Shown here: piece by piece, positions 1 through 9,906 of the stretch
Numbering within the stretch: the stretch's first letter is position 1
Layout of the letters: each line of letters opens with the position of its first letter
From: an uncultured Actinomycetes bacterium
GTDB lineage: Bacteria; Actinomycetota; Acidimicrobiia; IMCC26256; DASPTH01
Length of the DNA stretch: 64,000 nucleotides
Assembly (NCBI GenBank): GCA_963726965.1
Contig: CAVSEI010000001.1
Coordinates: 31,924 to 95,923, forward strand
Reading direction: 5' to 3'
Program-made: the position numbers and the translations under genes
Notes under the pieces: generated by a model
Told to the model about the DNA's origin: nothing
Databases searched by the model: none
Seen by the model: the letters and a program-made list of their open reading frames with translations, nothing else

Positions 1-1429
1 CGGACGGGGTTGGCGATGCGGGCCGTCGTCGACGACCGCGAGCTCGCCGGCCTCAACGGCATCCGTCCCGGTCGGGTGTCGGCGCTGGCGTGGGCGCTGG
101 GTTCGTCGATGGCGGCGATCGCAGGGATCCTGCTCGCACCCAATGTCGGTCTGCGCGTCGACGTGCTCACGTTGTTCATTGTCGACGCGTTCGCGGCTGC
201 GATCATCGGACGCTTGCACAGCCTGCCGTGGACGTTCGTCGGCGGCCTGATGATCGGCGTCACGCAGAGCTTCGCCCTGAACTTCCTGCAGTTCGGTGGT
301 CGCTGGGGCACCGCGTCGACGGCGATCCCCGCGGTCATTCTCTTCGTCGCGTTGCTGGCCGTCCCCGAGGCGCGGCATCGAGGCGGGTCGCCTCGTTCCC
401 AAGCACCGAATTCCGCGCGTCGCCGGGCTCCGCGAATCGGCGGCGGGGATGGCCATTCTCGTGCTCGCGGTCGCGTTCCTGGCTGCGTTCGGCGGGCTCG
501 ACACGACGAACCTGCGCCGTCTGACGTTGGCGTTGCTGACCGCGATCATCATGCTCTCGTTGGTCCCGCTGACCGGCTGGGCGGGGCAGATCTCCCTCGC
601 CCAAATCACGTTCGTGGGGGTCGGCGCGCTGGCGATGGCCGAGGTCGCGGGCGACGCGCAGTCCTGGTTCGGCGCGGGAAACCCCCTCGGGCTGGTGTTT
701 GCCGCGTTGTGCGCGGTCCCCTTCGGGGTGTTGATGGCGCTCCCGGCGCTGCGCCTGCAGGGGCTGTATCTGGCGCTGGCTTCGATGGCGTTCGCGGTGA
801 TGGCGATCCCGCTGTTCTTCGCCCAACCTGAGATCTTCGGCACGGGTGGTCGACGGCTCAGCACTCCCCGCTTCTTCGGTATCGACTTCGACGACGCCCA
901 CAACTTCGTGGTGCTCGCCGCAGTGGCCTTTGCGCTGCTCGGCCTCTTCGTCGTGTGGTTGCGCCGGAGCGCGTTCGGGCGCCGGCTCGTCGCGTCGCGC
1001 GACAGCCCCGCCGCCAGCGTGACCGTCGGCGTGAACCTGGTGCGGACCAAGCTGGTCGTGTTCGCGCTCGCGGCGGCAATGGCCGGCTTCGCGGGTGGAC
1101 TCCTCGGCATGTTCCGCGGCACCACGGGCACGATGGACTTCCAGATGCTGGTCGGGATCCCGTTCCTGCTGCTGCTCGTGGTCGGAGGTGTGGGCACCGT
1201 CAGCGGCGCGTTGATCGGCGGGCTGAGCACGGTGGCGTTGCTCATCGTCCAAGACGAAGTCACGTTCGCCGTGTTCGGTGTCTCGGTGCTGGTGGCGTTG
1301 ACGCGCATCGGACCCGGACTTGCCGCGGTCGGCGCCAGCCGCAACCCCGAAGGTTTGGTGACCGAGTTCGGTCGACTGCGGCACCGAGTGCGTCGCACCG
1401 GCTCCGATGCGGTCACGTCGCGGTCATGA
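1..1429 (+). CDS. Branched-chain amino acid ABC transporter permease (LivH-LivM fusion), 5' truncated by the window, frameshift near 375
   Basis: ORF 10..831 begins LivH-like (MRAVVDDRELAGLNGI); ORF 296..1429 is LivM-like (GWAGQISLAQ, LRLQGLYLALAS, SAFGRRLVA). Confidence 0.85.
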
Positions 1430-1467
1430 ACGTCCCGGCGACCGGCCGGGTCTCGGAGAGGAGAACC

Positions 1468-2232
1468 ATGCGAGGGCTCAACGGCAAGGTGGCAGTGGTG
1501 GCGGGCGGCGGCTCGGGAATCGGCGCGGCGACCGCCGTCCGGCTCGCCGAGGAGGGCGCGTCGATCGTGGTCGGTGACATTGTCCGGCCCAACGCGGAGG
1601 AGGTCGCCGCCGCGATCCGAGGCGCCGGCGGCGCGGCCATCGCCACCGAGTTCGACATCGCCGACGACGAGAGCGTCGCCGCGCTCGTCGCCTCGGCGGT
1701 CGCGGAGTTCGGCGGGCTCGACTACATGCACGCCAACGCGGCGGACATGGAAGCGATTCTGCGCGACTCGGATGCGCTCGACGTGGAGCTCGACGTCTTC
1801 GACCGTACGATCGCGGTCAACCTGCGCGGCTACCTCCTGTGCACGCGCCGCTCCATTCCTGAGATGTTGAAGCGCGGCGGCGGTGCCATCATCTACACGA
1901 GCTCGGCCACCGGGCACGTCGGCGAACCGGAGCGTCCGTCGTACGGCATCTCGAAGAGCGGCATCAACGCGCTCATGCGCCACGTCTCGTCACGCTGGGG
2001 TCGCGAAGGCATTCGCGCGAACGCGGTCGCCCCCGGCATGGTGCTCACCAAGACCCTTCGCGACAACTCCGACGCCGCGTTTCGCGAGTTCGCCCTGAGT
2101 CTCGGTCGCTCGCCGCGCCTCGGGGAGCCCGAGGACATCGCCGCGGCGGTGGCGTTCCTGATGTCGGATGACGCGGGTTGGATCACCGGCCAGGTGATCA
2201 GCGTCGACGGCGGGTCGACCGTCCGCCCGTGA
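1468..2232 (+). CDS. SDR family oxidoreductase
   Basis: GGGSGIG Rossmann motif, YGISK catalytic motif, ITGQVISVDGG; GAGAGGAG RBS before ATG 1468. Confidence 0.9.
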   Translation: MRGLNGKVAVVAGGGSGIGAATAVRLAEEGASIVVGDIVRPNAEEVAAAIRGAGGAAIATEFDIADDESVAALVASAVAEFGGLDYMHANAADMEAILRDSDALDVELDVFDRTIAVNLRGYLLCTRRSIPEMLKRGGGAIIYTSSATGHVGEPERPSYGISKSGINALMRHVSSRWGREGIRANAVAPGMVLTKTLRDNSDAAFREFALSLGRSPRLGEPEDIAAAVAFLMSDDAGWITGQVISVDGGSTVRP

Positions 2233-2299
2233 CGGGCCCGTCGGCACCGGCGCTACCCTCCTCAGTCGTCGGCGGCTCGTCGGTCGGTGACCACCGGGG

Positions 2300-3067
2300 G
2301 TGAACATGGCGGATGCACGCAGCGGAGGGCTCGAGGCCTGGGCCCCGCGGTCCGTGCCCGGCGCCGGGATCGAGCTGACGCCCGCGCAGGAGCTCGCGAT
2401 CGCCCTCCGGCACCTCGACGATGTCGGCTGGTGCGAGAACCTCACCGGCCACATCACCGTGCAGCAGGGCGACGACTTCCTGGTCAACCCGTGGGGACTG
2501 TGGTGGGCCGAGGTGCGCGCCAGCGACCTCCTCACCATTGATGGGGACGGCGAAGTCCTCGCCGGCACGCTCGACGTGACGCCTGCGGTCCACATCCACA
2601 CCGAGCTGCATCGCCGGCGCACTGACGCGACCGTCGTGGTGCACAACCATCCGCCGTACGCATCGGCGTTGGCTGCAGTCGGCGAGCTGCCCGACCTCGT
2701 CCACCAGAACTCGTCGATCCTCGCCGATGAGCTCGTGCTCGTCACCGACTACGACGGTGAGGTCGACAAGCCCGCGCTCGGCGCCGAGCTCGCCGAACGC
2801 ATCGGCGACGCATCGGTCGCACTGCTCGTCAGTCACGGTGTGATCGTCACCGCGCCGACGATCGAGGAGGCGGTGTACAAGTCCGTCCTGTTCGAACGGA
2901 CGTGTTGGTTGCACTGGCTGGTGCGGTCGATCGACCGGGCGCCGATCCCGATCGCGCCCGCGCACCAGAAACAGTTGAAGGCATCGTTGGTCGAGCGGGC
3001 CGCGCCGGTGTACTGGCACGGTGTCGTGCGCGCCATGGTGCGCGACGAGCCCGAGGTCCTGGAGTAG
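2300..3067 (+). CDS. Class II aldolase/adducin family protein
   Basis: GHITV, IHTELH, VVHNHPPY and LLVSHGVI motifs. Confidence 0.85.
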   Translation: MNMADARSGGLEAWAPRSVPGAGIELTPAQELAIALRHLDDVGWCENLTGHITVQQGDDFLVNPWGLWWAEVRASDLLTIDGDGEVLAGTLDVTPAVHIHTELHRRRTDATVVVHNHPPYASALAAVGELPDLVHQNSSILADELVLVTDYDGEVDKPALGAELAERIGDASVALLVSHGVIVTAPTIEEAVYKSVLFERTCWLHWLVRSIDRAPIPIAPAHQKQLKASLVERAAPVYWHGVVRAMVRDEPEVLE

Positions 3068-3070
3068 GCG

Positions 3071-4329
3071 ATGGCCATCCCGCTGGAGGAGCTACAGGCG
3101 AAGCAGGGATTCACCACCGCGACGCCGGGCACGGTGAGCTGGTTGCCGGAACCCGCGCGAGCGGAACGGCGCTACACCGTCATCTCGGTCGACGATCACA
3201 TCGTCGAGCCGCCGGACGCGTTCGAAGGTCGGCTGCCGGCGGACCTTGCCGAGCGTGCACCGCGTGTCGTGGAACGCGCCGACGGCAGTGAAGCGTGGGT
3301 GTTCGAAGGTCAGGAGCTCCCGAACGTCGGCTTCAACGCCGTCGTGGGACGCCCGGTCACCGAGTACAGCTTCGAGCCCACCCGGTTCGACGAGATGCGC
3401 CGCGGTGCGTGGGACATCCGCGCCCGGATCGCCGACATGGACGTGAACGGGGTGTACGCGTCGGTGTGCTTCCCGTCGTTCCTCCCCGGATTCGCCGGGC
3501 AGCGACTCCAGCAACTCACGACCGATCCCGAGCTGGCGATGGCGTGCGTGCGGGCCTGGAACGACTGGGTCATCGACGACTGGGCTGCGTACGCGCCGGG
3601 TCGCATGATCCCGCTCCAGATCCCGTATCTCCTCGATCCGGAGGTGGGCGCAGCCGAGGTGCGCCGCAATGCCGAGCGTGGCTTCAAGGCGATGACCTTC
3701 TCCGAAGCGCCGCACATGCTCGGTCTGCCCACCCTCCACTCCGGACACTGGGATCCGCTGATGGCCGCGTGCGAGGAGACCGGCACCGTCGTGTGCCTGC
3801 ACGTGGGTTCGTCGGGCACGTCGCCGGCGACCGCACCGGACGCGCCTTCGGACACCATCGGCGTGTTGTTCTTCGGGTACGCGATGTTCGCGGCCGTCGA
3901 CTGGCTCTACTCGCGCATCCCGGTACGGTTCCCCGAGTTGCGCATCTGCCTGTCCGAAGGCGGCATCGGGTGGGTCGCGGGGCTCCTCGATCGACTCGAC
4001 CACGTGCGCAAGTACGACGCGATGTACGGAACGTGGAACGACCTCGCGCTGAGCCCAGCCGACACGTTCCGGCGCAACTTCTGGGTCTGCGCGATCGACG
4101 ACCCGTCGGCCTTCCTCCAGCGCGACGTGATCGGGGTCGGCAACATCCTCGTGGAGTCGGACTACCCGCACGCCGACTCCACCTGGCCGGTCACCCAGGA
4201 ACGGCTCGCCGCGCGAACTCGCGGGGCTGTCCGACGCCGAGGTCGCGCGCGGTGACGTGGGCCAATGCGTCGGAGTTGTTCCATCACCCCGTTCCCGACG
4301 CGGTGCAGCAGGATCCGAATGCCTACTGA
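3071..4329 (+). CDS. Amidohydrolase_2 family protein (frameshift near 4215)
   Basis: ISVDDHIVEP, AWNDW, LHVGSS, SEGGIGW, ESDYPHADS; C-terminus in another frame ending PDAVQQDPNAY. Confidence 0.85.
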
Positions 4330-5728
4330 GGCGATCGTCGAGACGCCCGTGGGCCCGGTGCGCGGCACCGAGCGTGACGGGTTGCTCCGGTACGGCGGGG
4401 TGCCGTACGCACGAGCTGAACGGTGGTGTGCTCCGGAACGTCACGAGTGGCGGGAGCCGTTCGACGCGACGCGCCCGGGTGCGGCGCCGCCGCAGACGGT
4501 CGGCGGGCTCGACCTCGTCCCCGACATGATCCCGGGCGCACAGTCGGAGGCCTGTCTGACCGCCGAGATCTGCACACCCGCGCTCGAGGGTTCGCGCGCG
4601 GTGCTCGTGTGGGTCCCCGGCGGGAGTTACCGCATTGGCGCCGCGTCGCTCGCCACCTACGACGGCGCCCATCTCGCCGCGCACGGTGTGGTCGTCGTCG
4701 GACTCAACTACCGGCTGGGCGCGCTCGGGTGGTTGGCGGCTGATGGTGTGCCCTCGAACCTGGGACTGCGCGACCTGCGGGCCGCGATCGACTGGCTGCG
4801 CGACGTGGTCCCCGCATTCGGTGGCGATCCCGATCGCATCGTGCTGATGGGAGAGTCGGCCGGCTCGGGGTGCATCGCCCACCTGCTCGCGACGGGGCCG
4901 GTCCCCGTGGCGGGCGCGATCCTGCAGAGCGGCGCCCCCGCGGGCACGCTCGACGCCGACGCGGCGACGTGGGTCGCCGAGCAGTTCCTCGAAGCCGCGG
5001 GCGCGTCGTCGATCGACGAGCTGCGCGCCGCGCCGATCGACGTGCTGCTCGCAGCGCAGGAGCAGACCGTCGAGGCGGCGTTGCCCAAGGTCGGGATGAT
5101 GCCGTTCCACCCGTGGGTCGACGACGACCTGTTGACCGGGCCCGCGTACCGTGCCGTGCTTCCCGCCGTCCCGCTCGTCGTGGGCACGACGGCCCACGAG
5201 ATGGAGTTGTTCCGCGACCAGGTGCCGGTGTTGCCCGAGGACATTGCCGTCATGTTCCTCGCGGGCAAGGCCGCGGGCTTGGGCGTCACCGACGAAGCGC
5301 GGGTGCGCGCCGGGCTCGATGCATGTGGTGGTGATCTCGTCGAGGCGGTGGCCGACCTCGAACTGCACCTTCCCAACGAACTGTTGGCGCGCGCCCACCG
5401 CGCTCGCGGCAACCAGGTGTTCCGCTACCGGTTCAACTGGGAGGCGCCGGTGCGGCGCGCCTGCCACGCGCTCGACCTGCCGTTCACGTTCGGAACCCTC
5501 GACGTCGCGGAGTGGCGCGCCTGGGCGGGCGCCGACGACCCGCGTGCCGATGCGCTGTCGGCCCGTCTGCAACAGGCGTGGACCTCGTTCGCCGCGGACG
5601 GCGTGCCGCACGACGACGCCATCGGCGCGTGGCCGGAGGGCGAACTGGTCGGCCTCGGCGCCGACGTGACGACGGGAGACGACGCCGTCGTCGAGCGCCT
5701 CCGGATCTGGCTGGGTGAAGCCACGTGA
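4319..5728 (+). CDS. Type B carboxylesterase/lipase
   Basis: GVPYA, SEACL, NYRLG, GESAG nucleophile elbow, ACHALDL. Confidence 0.9.
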   Translation: MPTEAIVETPVGPVRGTERDGLLRYGGVPYARAERWCAPERHEWREPFDATRPGAAPPQTVGGLDLVPDMIPGAQSEACLTAEICTPALEGSRAVLVWVPGGSYRIGAASLATYDGAHLAAHGVVVVGLNYRLGALGWLAADGVPSNLGLRDLRAAIDWLRDVVPAFGGDPDRIVLMGESAGSGCIAHLLATGPVPVAGAILQSGAPAGTLDADAATWVAEQFLEAAGASSIDELRAAPIDVLLAAQEQTVEAALPKVGMMPFHPWVDDDLLTGPAYRAVLPAVPLVVGTTAHEMELFRDQVPVLPEDIAVMFLAGKAAGLGVTDEARVRAGLDACGGDLVEAVADLELHLPNELLARAHRARGNQVFRYRFNWEAPVRRACHALDLPFTFGTLDVAEWRAWAGADDPRADALSARLQQAWTSFAADGVPHDDAIGAWPEGELVGLGADVTTGDDAVVERLRIWLGEAT

Positions 5729-6561
5729 CCGGTCTCGACGGAACCGTCGCCATCGTCACCGGTGCCAGCCGCGGCATCGGCAAGGGCTGCGCGCTCGAGC
5801 TGGGCGCCGCCGGGGCCACCGTCTACGTCACTGCACGGTCCACCACGGAAGCCGACCATCCCCTCCCCGGCACCATCGGCGCCACCGCCCGCGAAGTCGA
5901 CGAGCTCGGCGGCACCGGGATCGCAGTCGCACTCGATCATCGCGACGACGCCGCGGTCGAGGCGTTGTTCGCGCGCGTGCTCGCCGATCACGGTCGGCTC
6001 GACGTGCTCGTGAACAACGCGTTCATCGTCACCGACGAGCTGACGTCGGGGCTCCCGTTCTGGGAGGTCCCGATCTCGAACTGGGACGACATGATCGACG
6101 TCGGCACTCGATCGGCCTACGTCGCCAGCGTGTTCGCCGCCCGCGCGATGGTCGCGGCCGGATCGGGCCTCATCGCCAACGTCAGCTCGTCGGGTGCCGA
6201 GGAATACGCGTGGCAGGTGGCCTACGGCGTCGGAAAGTGCGCGCTCGACCGGGTGACTGCCGACACCGCGCACGAACTGGCACCGTACGGAGTGTCGGTC
6301 GTGTCGTTGTGGCCCGGGTTCGTGCGCACGGAGCGCATCGACCTCGGCGCGGCCTCGGGGCTCCTGCCCGACACCCTCGACCTCACGACGTCGGAGTCGC
6401 CGCGTTTCACCGGGCGCGCGGTCGTCGCCCTCGCGGGCGATCCGGACGTCGCCCGCTGGAGTGGCCGCGCGATCGCGGTGCGCGACCTCGCCGACGACTA
6501 CGCGTTCACCGACGTCGACGGCCGGCTTCCCGCCGGCCCCCTCCGCCACCGCACCACCTGA
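5725..6561 (+). CDS. SDR family oxidoreductase (DHRS1-like)
   Basis: TGASRGIG, LVNNA, YGVGK, SESPRFTGRAV. Confidence 0.9.
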   Translation: MTGLDGTVAIVTGASRGIGKGCALELGAAGATVYVTARSTTEADHPLPGTIGATAREVDELGGTGIAVALDHRDDAAVEALFARVLADHGRLDVLVNNAFIVTDELTSGLPFWEVPISNWDDMIDVGTRSAYVASVFAARAMVAAGSGLIANVSSSGAEEYAWQVAYGVGKCALDRVTADTAHELAPYGVSVVSLWPGFVRTERIDLGAASGLLPDTLDLTTSESPRFTGRAVVALAGDPDVARWSGRAIAVRDLADDYAFTDVDGRLPAGPLRHRTT

Positions 6562-6600
6562 ACCCCGCGACGTGGTGTGGTTCGACTGCGTCGACGCGTG

Positions 6601-8928
6601 TCAAATCACGCCGGAACGGGAGAGGGTGGTGAGCTCGGCGTCGGTCAGGCCGAGTTTCTCGCGCAGGACCTCGGCGGTGTGCTGGCCGACCGTCGGCGCC
6701 GGCGCGCGGTACGAGTTGTCGAACTGCTCCGAGCGGACACCGGTGCCGGGATAGCCGACGAGCCCGGCGATCGGGTGCTCGAGCCACTGCGTGAACCCGC
6801 GCTCGGCCAACTGTGGTAGCTCGTCCTGGATCATCTGATCCCACACCGGCGCAACCAGGAGCCCCGCCGCGACCAGCAGGTCGACCGTGTCGTCCCGGTC
6901 GCGATCCGCGAACCACACCGCCAGCCCGACGTCGATGGCGTCGTGCGCGGCCCGTCGTCCCGCACGCGTCGACATCGAGGGATCGGTGGCCCACGCCGGT
7001 GCGCCGAGCACGTCGACCAGCGCGGACCATTCGCGGTCGCTGACGATCGAGAGCGCGACCCACTGCTCGTGTCCGGCGCACGGGTAGACCCCCTGCGGGC
7101 TCCCGGGGGCACCGCGATTGCCGTCGCGCTCGAGCAGCGTGCCGTACGCCGAGAAGGTCACGATCGGTTCGGCCGCCACGTTGAGCGCGACCTCGGCCAT
7201 CGGCATCTCGATGAGCTGACCCTCGCCGGTGCGGTCACGATGCTCGAGCGCCGCGAGCACCGCGAACGCGCCGTGGATCCCCGCGATCGGGTCGATGGTG
7301 CTGCGCACGAGTGCTTCGCCACCGGCCTCGCCGGTCATCCACGCGATGCCCGACACCTGCTCGGTGGTCTGGGCGAACCCGCTGCGGTCGCGCCACGGGC
7401 CGTCGAGGCCGAACGCGGGCATGCGCAGCAGGATCACCGCGGGATTGTGCGCGGCCAACTCGTCGTACCCGAGCGCCACGTTGCCGAGGACGCGTGGCGT
7501 GAAATTCTCGACCACGACGTCGACGTGCTCGACCAGACGCAGCATCAGCTCGCGTCCCGCGGACGTCGCGAAGTCGATGGTCACGGAACGCTTGGCCGGG
7601 TTCGTGCCGTGGAACGTCGGGCCGAACTCCATCCAGTCGGGGTCGGTGGGCGGCTTCACCGTGGCGAAGCGCATGCCGTCGGGACGAGACGGTGATTCGA
7701 TCTTCAGCACGTCGGCACCGAGCGTCGCCAGGTGGTGGGTGCACGTGGGCCCGGCCCAGAACGCGGTGAGGTCGAGCACGGTCACGCCGTCCAGGGGACG
7801 CCCGGGCATCGGGGCGGACGAATGTGCCCGGGTCACCGCGGTCGCCCGTTCCCGCGACCGGTCATCGTCGTCGGCACCGAGCGCGGGTGCCGGCGCGACC
7901 GGGCGCACCGGCGACGCCGACATGAGGAACGGCGGACGCGGCGCGAGGAACCCCTCCGGGCGTTCGACGAAGACGTCGCGTGCGACGAAGTGGTCCATCT
8001 CGAGCACGTCGCGGCCGTTGCCGACGAGCGCGACCGGTACTCGGAACAGTTCGCCGAGCTCGCAGATCTCCTCGGGCGTGTGCGTCTCGAGCCACGGGCG
8101 CACCACCGACTCCGCCAACTCACGGTTGCGACCGCGGCCGCCCATCGAGTTGAGCCGATCGTCGGCCGAGAGGTCGTCGCGCCCGATCATGGCGGCGAAG
8201 TCGGACCACTGTTGCGGGGTGAACACGCACAGGCCGATCCAGCCATCCTTGCAGCGCACGACCTGGGGCCAGTCTCCACTGCGCGACATGAACGACACCG
8301 ACCCGGTGAACTGGCGATAGAGCGCCGGATAGTTGTTGAGGCAGACGGCCATGACTTCGAGCGCGCTGACCTCGACCGTCGGACCCTCGCCGGTACTGCG
8401 GGCGTGGCGCACCGCGGCGAGCGCGCTCATCGCCGCGACCGCGCCCGTCGCCCACTGGCCGTGCGCGATCCCCATCTGGAGCGGTGGCGTCTGCAGCGTG
8501 CCGCAGCCCGACATCAATCCGCACCAGGCTTGCAGGGTGAACTCGGAGGCCGGGATGCCGGCGAGGGGTCCGTCCCGGCCGAAGGACTCGATGTGCACGA
8601 CGCTCGCGTCCGGTCGCCGCCCGGCGCTCGATGCCTCCGACGGTGGACCGTCGGCGACGATGACGTCCGCCCACTCCACCAGCCGGCTGGTCGGATCGCC
8701 GGTCACGCTCGCCTTGCCGCCGTTCAGGAACGCGAAGAGCGCGCCGGTGCCGTCGACGGGCGCGTCGGGGGTTGCCGCCGACCACCGGCGCAGCGCGCCG
8801 GAGCCTTCGACCTTCACCACGTCGGCGCCCTGATCGCGCAGCAACTTTCCCGCGTACGCACCCGCGACGCCCTCCGAACGCTCGAGCACGCGCAGTCCGT
8901 CGAGCGCGGAGCTCATCACTCCGCTCAC
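6601..8928 (-). CDS. Family III CoA-transferase (CaiB/BaiF), tandem two-domain
   Basis: Two repeats of L(D)GxxV(L)xx...GADVxKxE; APTVGQHT at the end. Confidence 0.9.
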   Translation of the reverse strand: MSGVMSSALDGLRVLERSEGVAGAYAGKLLRDQGADVVKVEGSGALRRWSAATPDAPVDGTGALFAFLNGGKASVTGDPTSRLVEWADVIVADGPPSEASSAGRRPDASVVHIESFGRDGPLAGIPASEFTLQAWCGLMSGCGTLQTPPLQMGIAHGQWATGAVAAMSALAAVRHARSTGEGPTVEVSALEVMAVCLNNYPALYRQFTGSVSFMSRSGDWPQVVRCKDGWIGLCVFTPQQWSDFAAMIGRDDLSADDRLNSMGGRGRNRELAESVVRPWLETHTPEEICELGELFRVPVALVGNGRDVLEMDHFVARDVFVERPEGFLAPRPPFLMSASPVRPVAPAPALGADDDDRSRERATAVTRAHSSAPMPGRPLDGVTVLDLTAFWAGPTCTHHLATLGADVLKIESPSRPDGMRFATVKPPTDPDWMEFGPTFHGTNPAKRSVTIDFATSAGRELMLRLVEHVDVVVENFTPRVLGNVALGYDELAAHNPAVILLRMPAFGLDGPWRDRSGFAQTTEQVSGIAWMTGEAGGEALVRSTIDPIAGIHGAFAVLAALEHRDRTGEGQLIEMPMAEVALNVAAEPIVTFSAYGTLLERDGNRGAPGSPQGVYPCAGHEQWVALSIVSDREWSALVDVLGAPAWATDPSMSTRAGRRAAHDAIDVGLAVWFADRDRDDTVDLLVAAGLLVAPVWDQMIQDELPQLAERGFTQWLEHPIAGLVGYPGTGVRSEQFDNSYRAPAPTVGQHTAEVLREKLGLTDAELTTLSRSGVI

Positions 8929-9854
8929 GGGTACCGCGCCGCGAGCGACTGCAGCGTGTCGTGGAACTCGCGCATCGTCTCGTCGATGATCTCTTCGACG
9001 GACTTCACCTCGTCGATCCGGCCCGCCACCTGCCCCCCGAACGCGAACGCGGCGTCGAGGTCGCCCCCGAAGTACAGCTCGAACAGTCCGTCGAGTGACG
9101 CCATCGGTACCTGCTCGTTCGACTGTTCGCGCGCTTCGCTGTACGGCGTGGCCAGCACGCGGAAGCTCGGCTTGTGGAAACGGTTGAGGAACACCGTGCC
9201 GGTCTCCGCGGACTCGACCACCAACTGCTTGTAGTTGTCGTGCACCGGCGACTCCGCGGCCGAGACCATTCGGGTCCCCATCTGCACGCCTTCGGCACCG
9301 AGGGCGAACGCGGCCGCCATGGTCCGACCGTCGCAGATCCCGCCCGCCGCGATGACCGGGACGTCGACGCGCGAACAGACCAGCGGGATCAGCACCATCG
9401 ACGCGACGTCGCGCGAGCTCTTGAACCCGCCGCCTTCGCCCCCTTCGGCGACGATCCCGTCGACCCCGGCAGCGACCGCCTTCATGGCGGCGCGCAGGTT
9501 CGGAACGACATGGAACACGGTGATCCCGGCGTCGTGGAGCGCGGCCGTGAACCGCGCCGGATCGCCGGCCGAGGTGGTGACGAACCGCACGCCCTGGTCG
9601 TAGACGAAGTCGACGATGCCCGGGTCACGCACGAGCATCTGCGCGATGTTCACACCGAAGGGCTTGTCGGTGAGGTCGCGCATCTTGGCGATCTCGTCCT
9701 GCACCTGGTCGAGTTGGCCCGACGACGTCTCGATGATCCCGAGTGCGCCCGCGTTCGACACCGCCGACGCGAGCTGCGCCCGGGCGATGTAGCCCATCGG
9801 CGCCTGGATGATCGGGTGATCGACCCCCAGGAGTTGCGTGACTCGGTTCAGCAT
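8925..9854 (-). CDS. Nitronate monooxygenase/FabK-like flavoenzyme
   Basis: PIIQAPMG, KPFGVN, EGGEGGG, VIAAGGICDG, GVQMGTR. Confidence 0.88.
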   Translation of the reverse strand: MLNRVTQLLGVDHPIIQAPMGYIARAQLASAVSNAGALGIIETSSGQLDQVQDEIAKMRDLTDKPFGVNIAQMLVRDPGIVDFVYDQGVRFVTTSAGDPARFTAALHDAGITVFHVVPNLRAAMKAVAAGVDGIVAEGGEGGGFKSSRDVASMVLIPLVCSRVDVPVIAAGGICDGRTMAAAFALGAEGVQMGTRMVSAAESPVHDNYKQLVVESAETGTVFLNRFHKPSFRVLATPYSEAREQSNEQVPMASLDGLFELYFGGDLDAAFAFGGQVAGRIDEVKSVEEIIDETMREFHDTLQSLAARYP

Positions 9855-9861
9855 CCGGCCC

Positions 9862-9900
9862 ACGCTACCGAGGTGGCTCGGGTCCCGAGCCAGGTAGGTT
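9862..9900. promoter_or_regulatory. Divergent promoters with a central perfect palindrome
   Basis: -10 TAGCGT (minus, 9862-9867) and TAGGTT (plus, 9895-9900), 7 and 6 nt from the start codons; TGGCTCGGG-T-CCCGAGCCA at 9874-9892. Confidence 0.55.
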
Positions 9901-9906
9901 GAAGCG

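Noticed and set aside
3092-5611. Long antisense or alternative-frame ORFs (also 20876..22900, 51795..53774 and others)
   Set aside because: Shadow ORFs typical of high-GC DNA lying opposite well-supported genes
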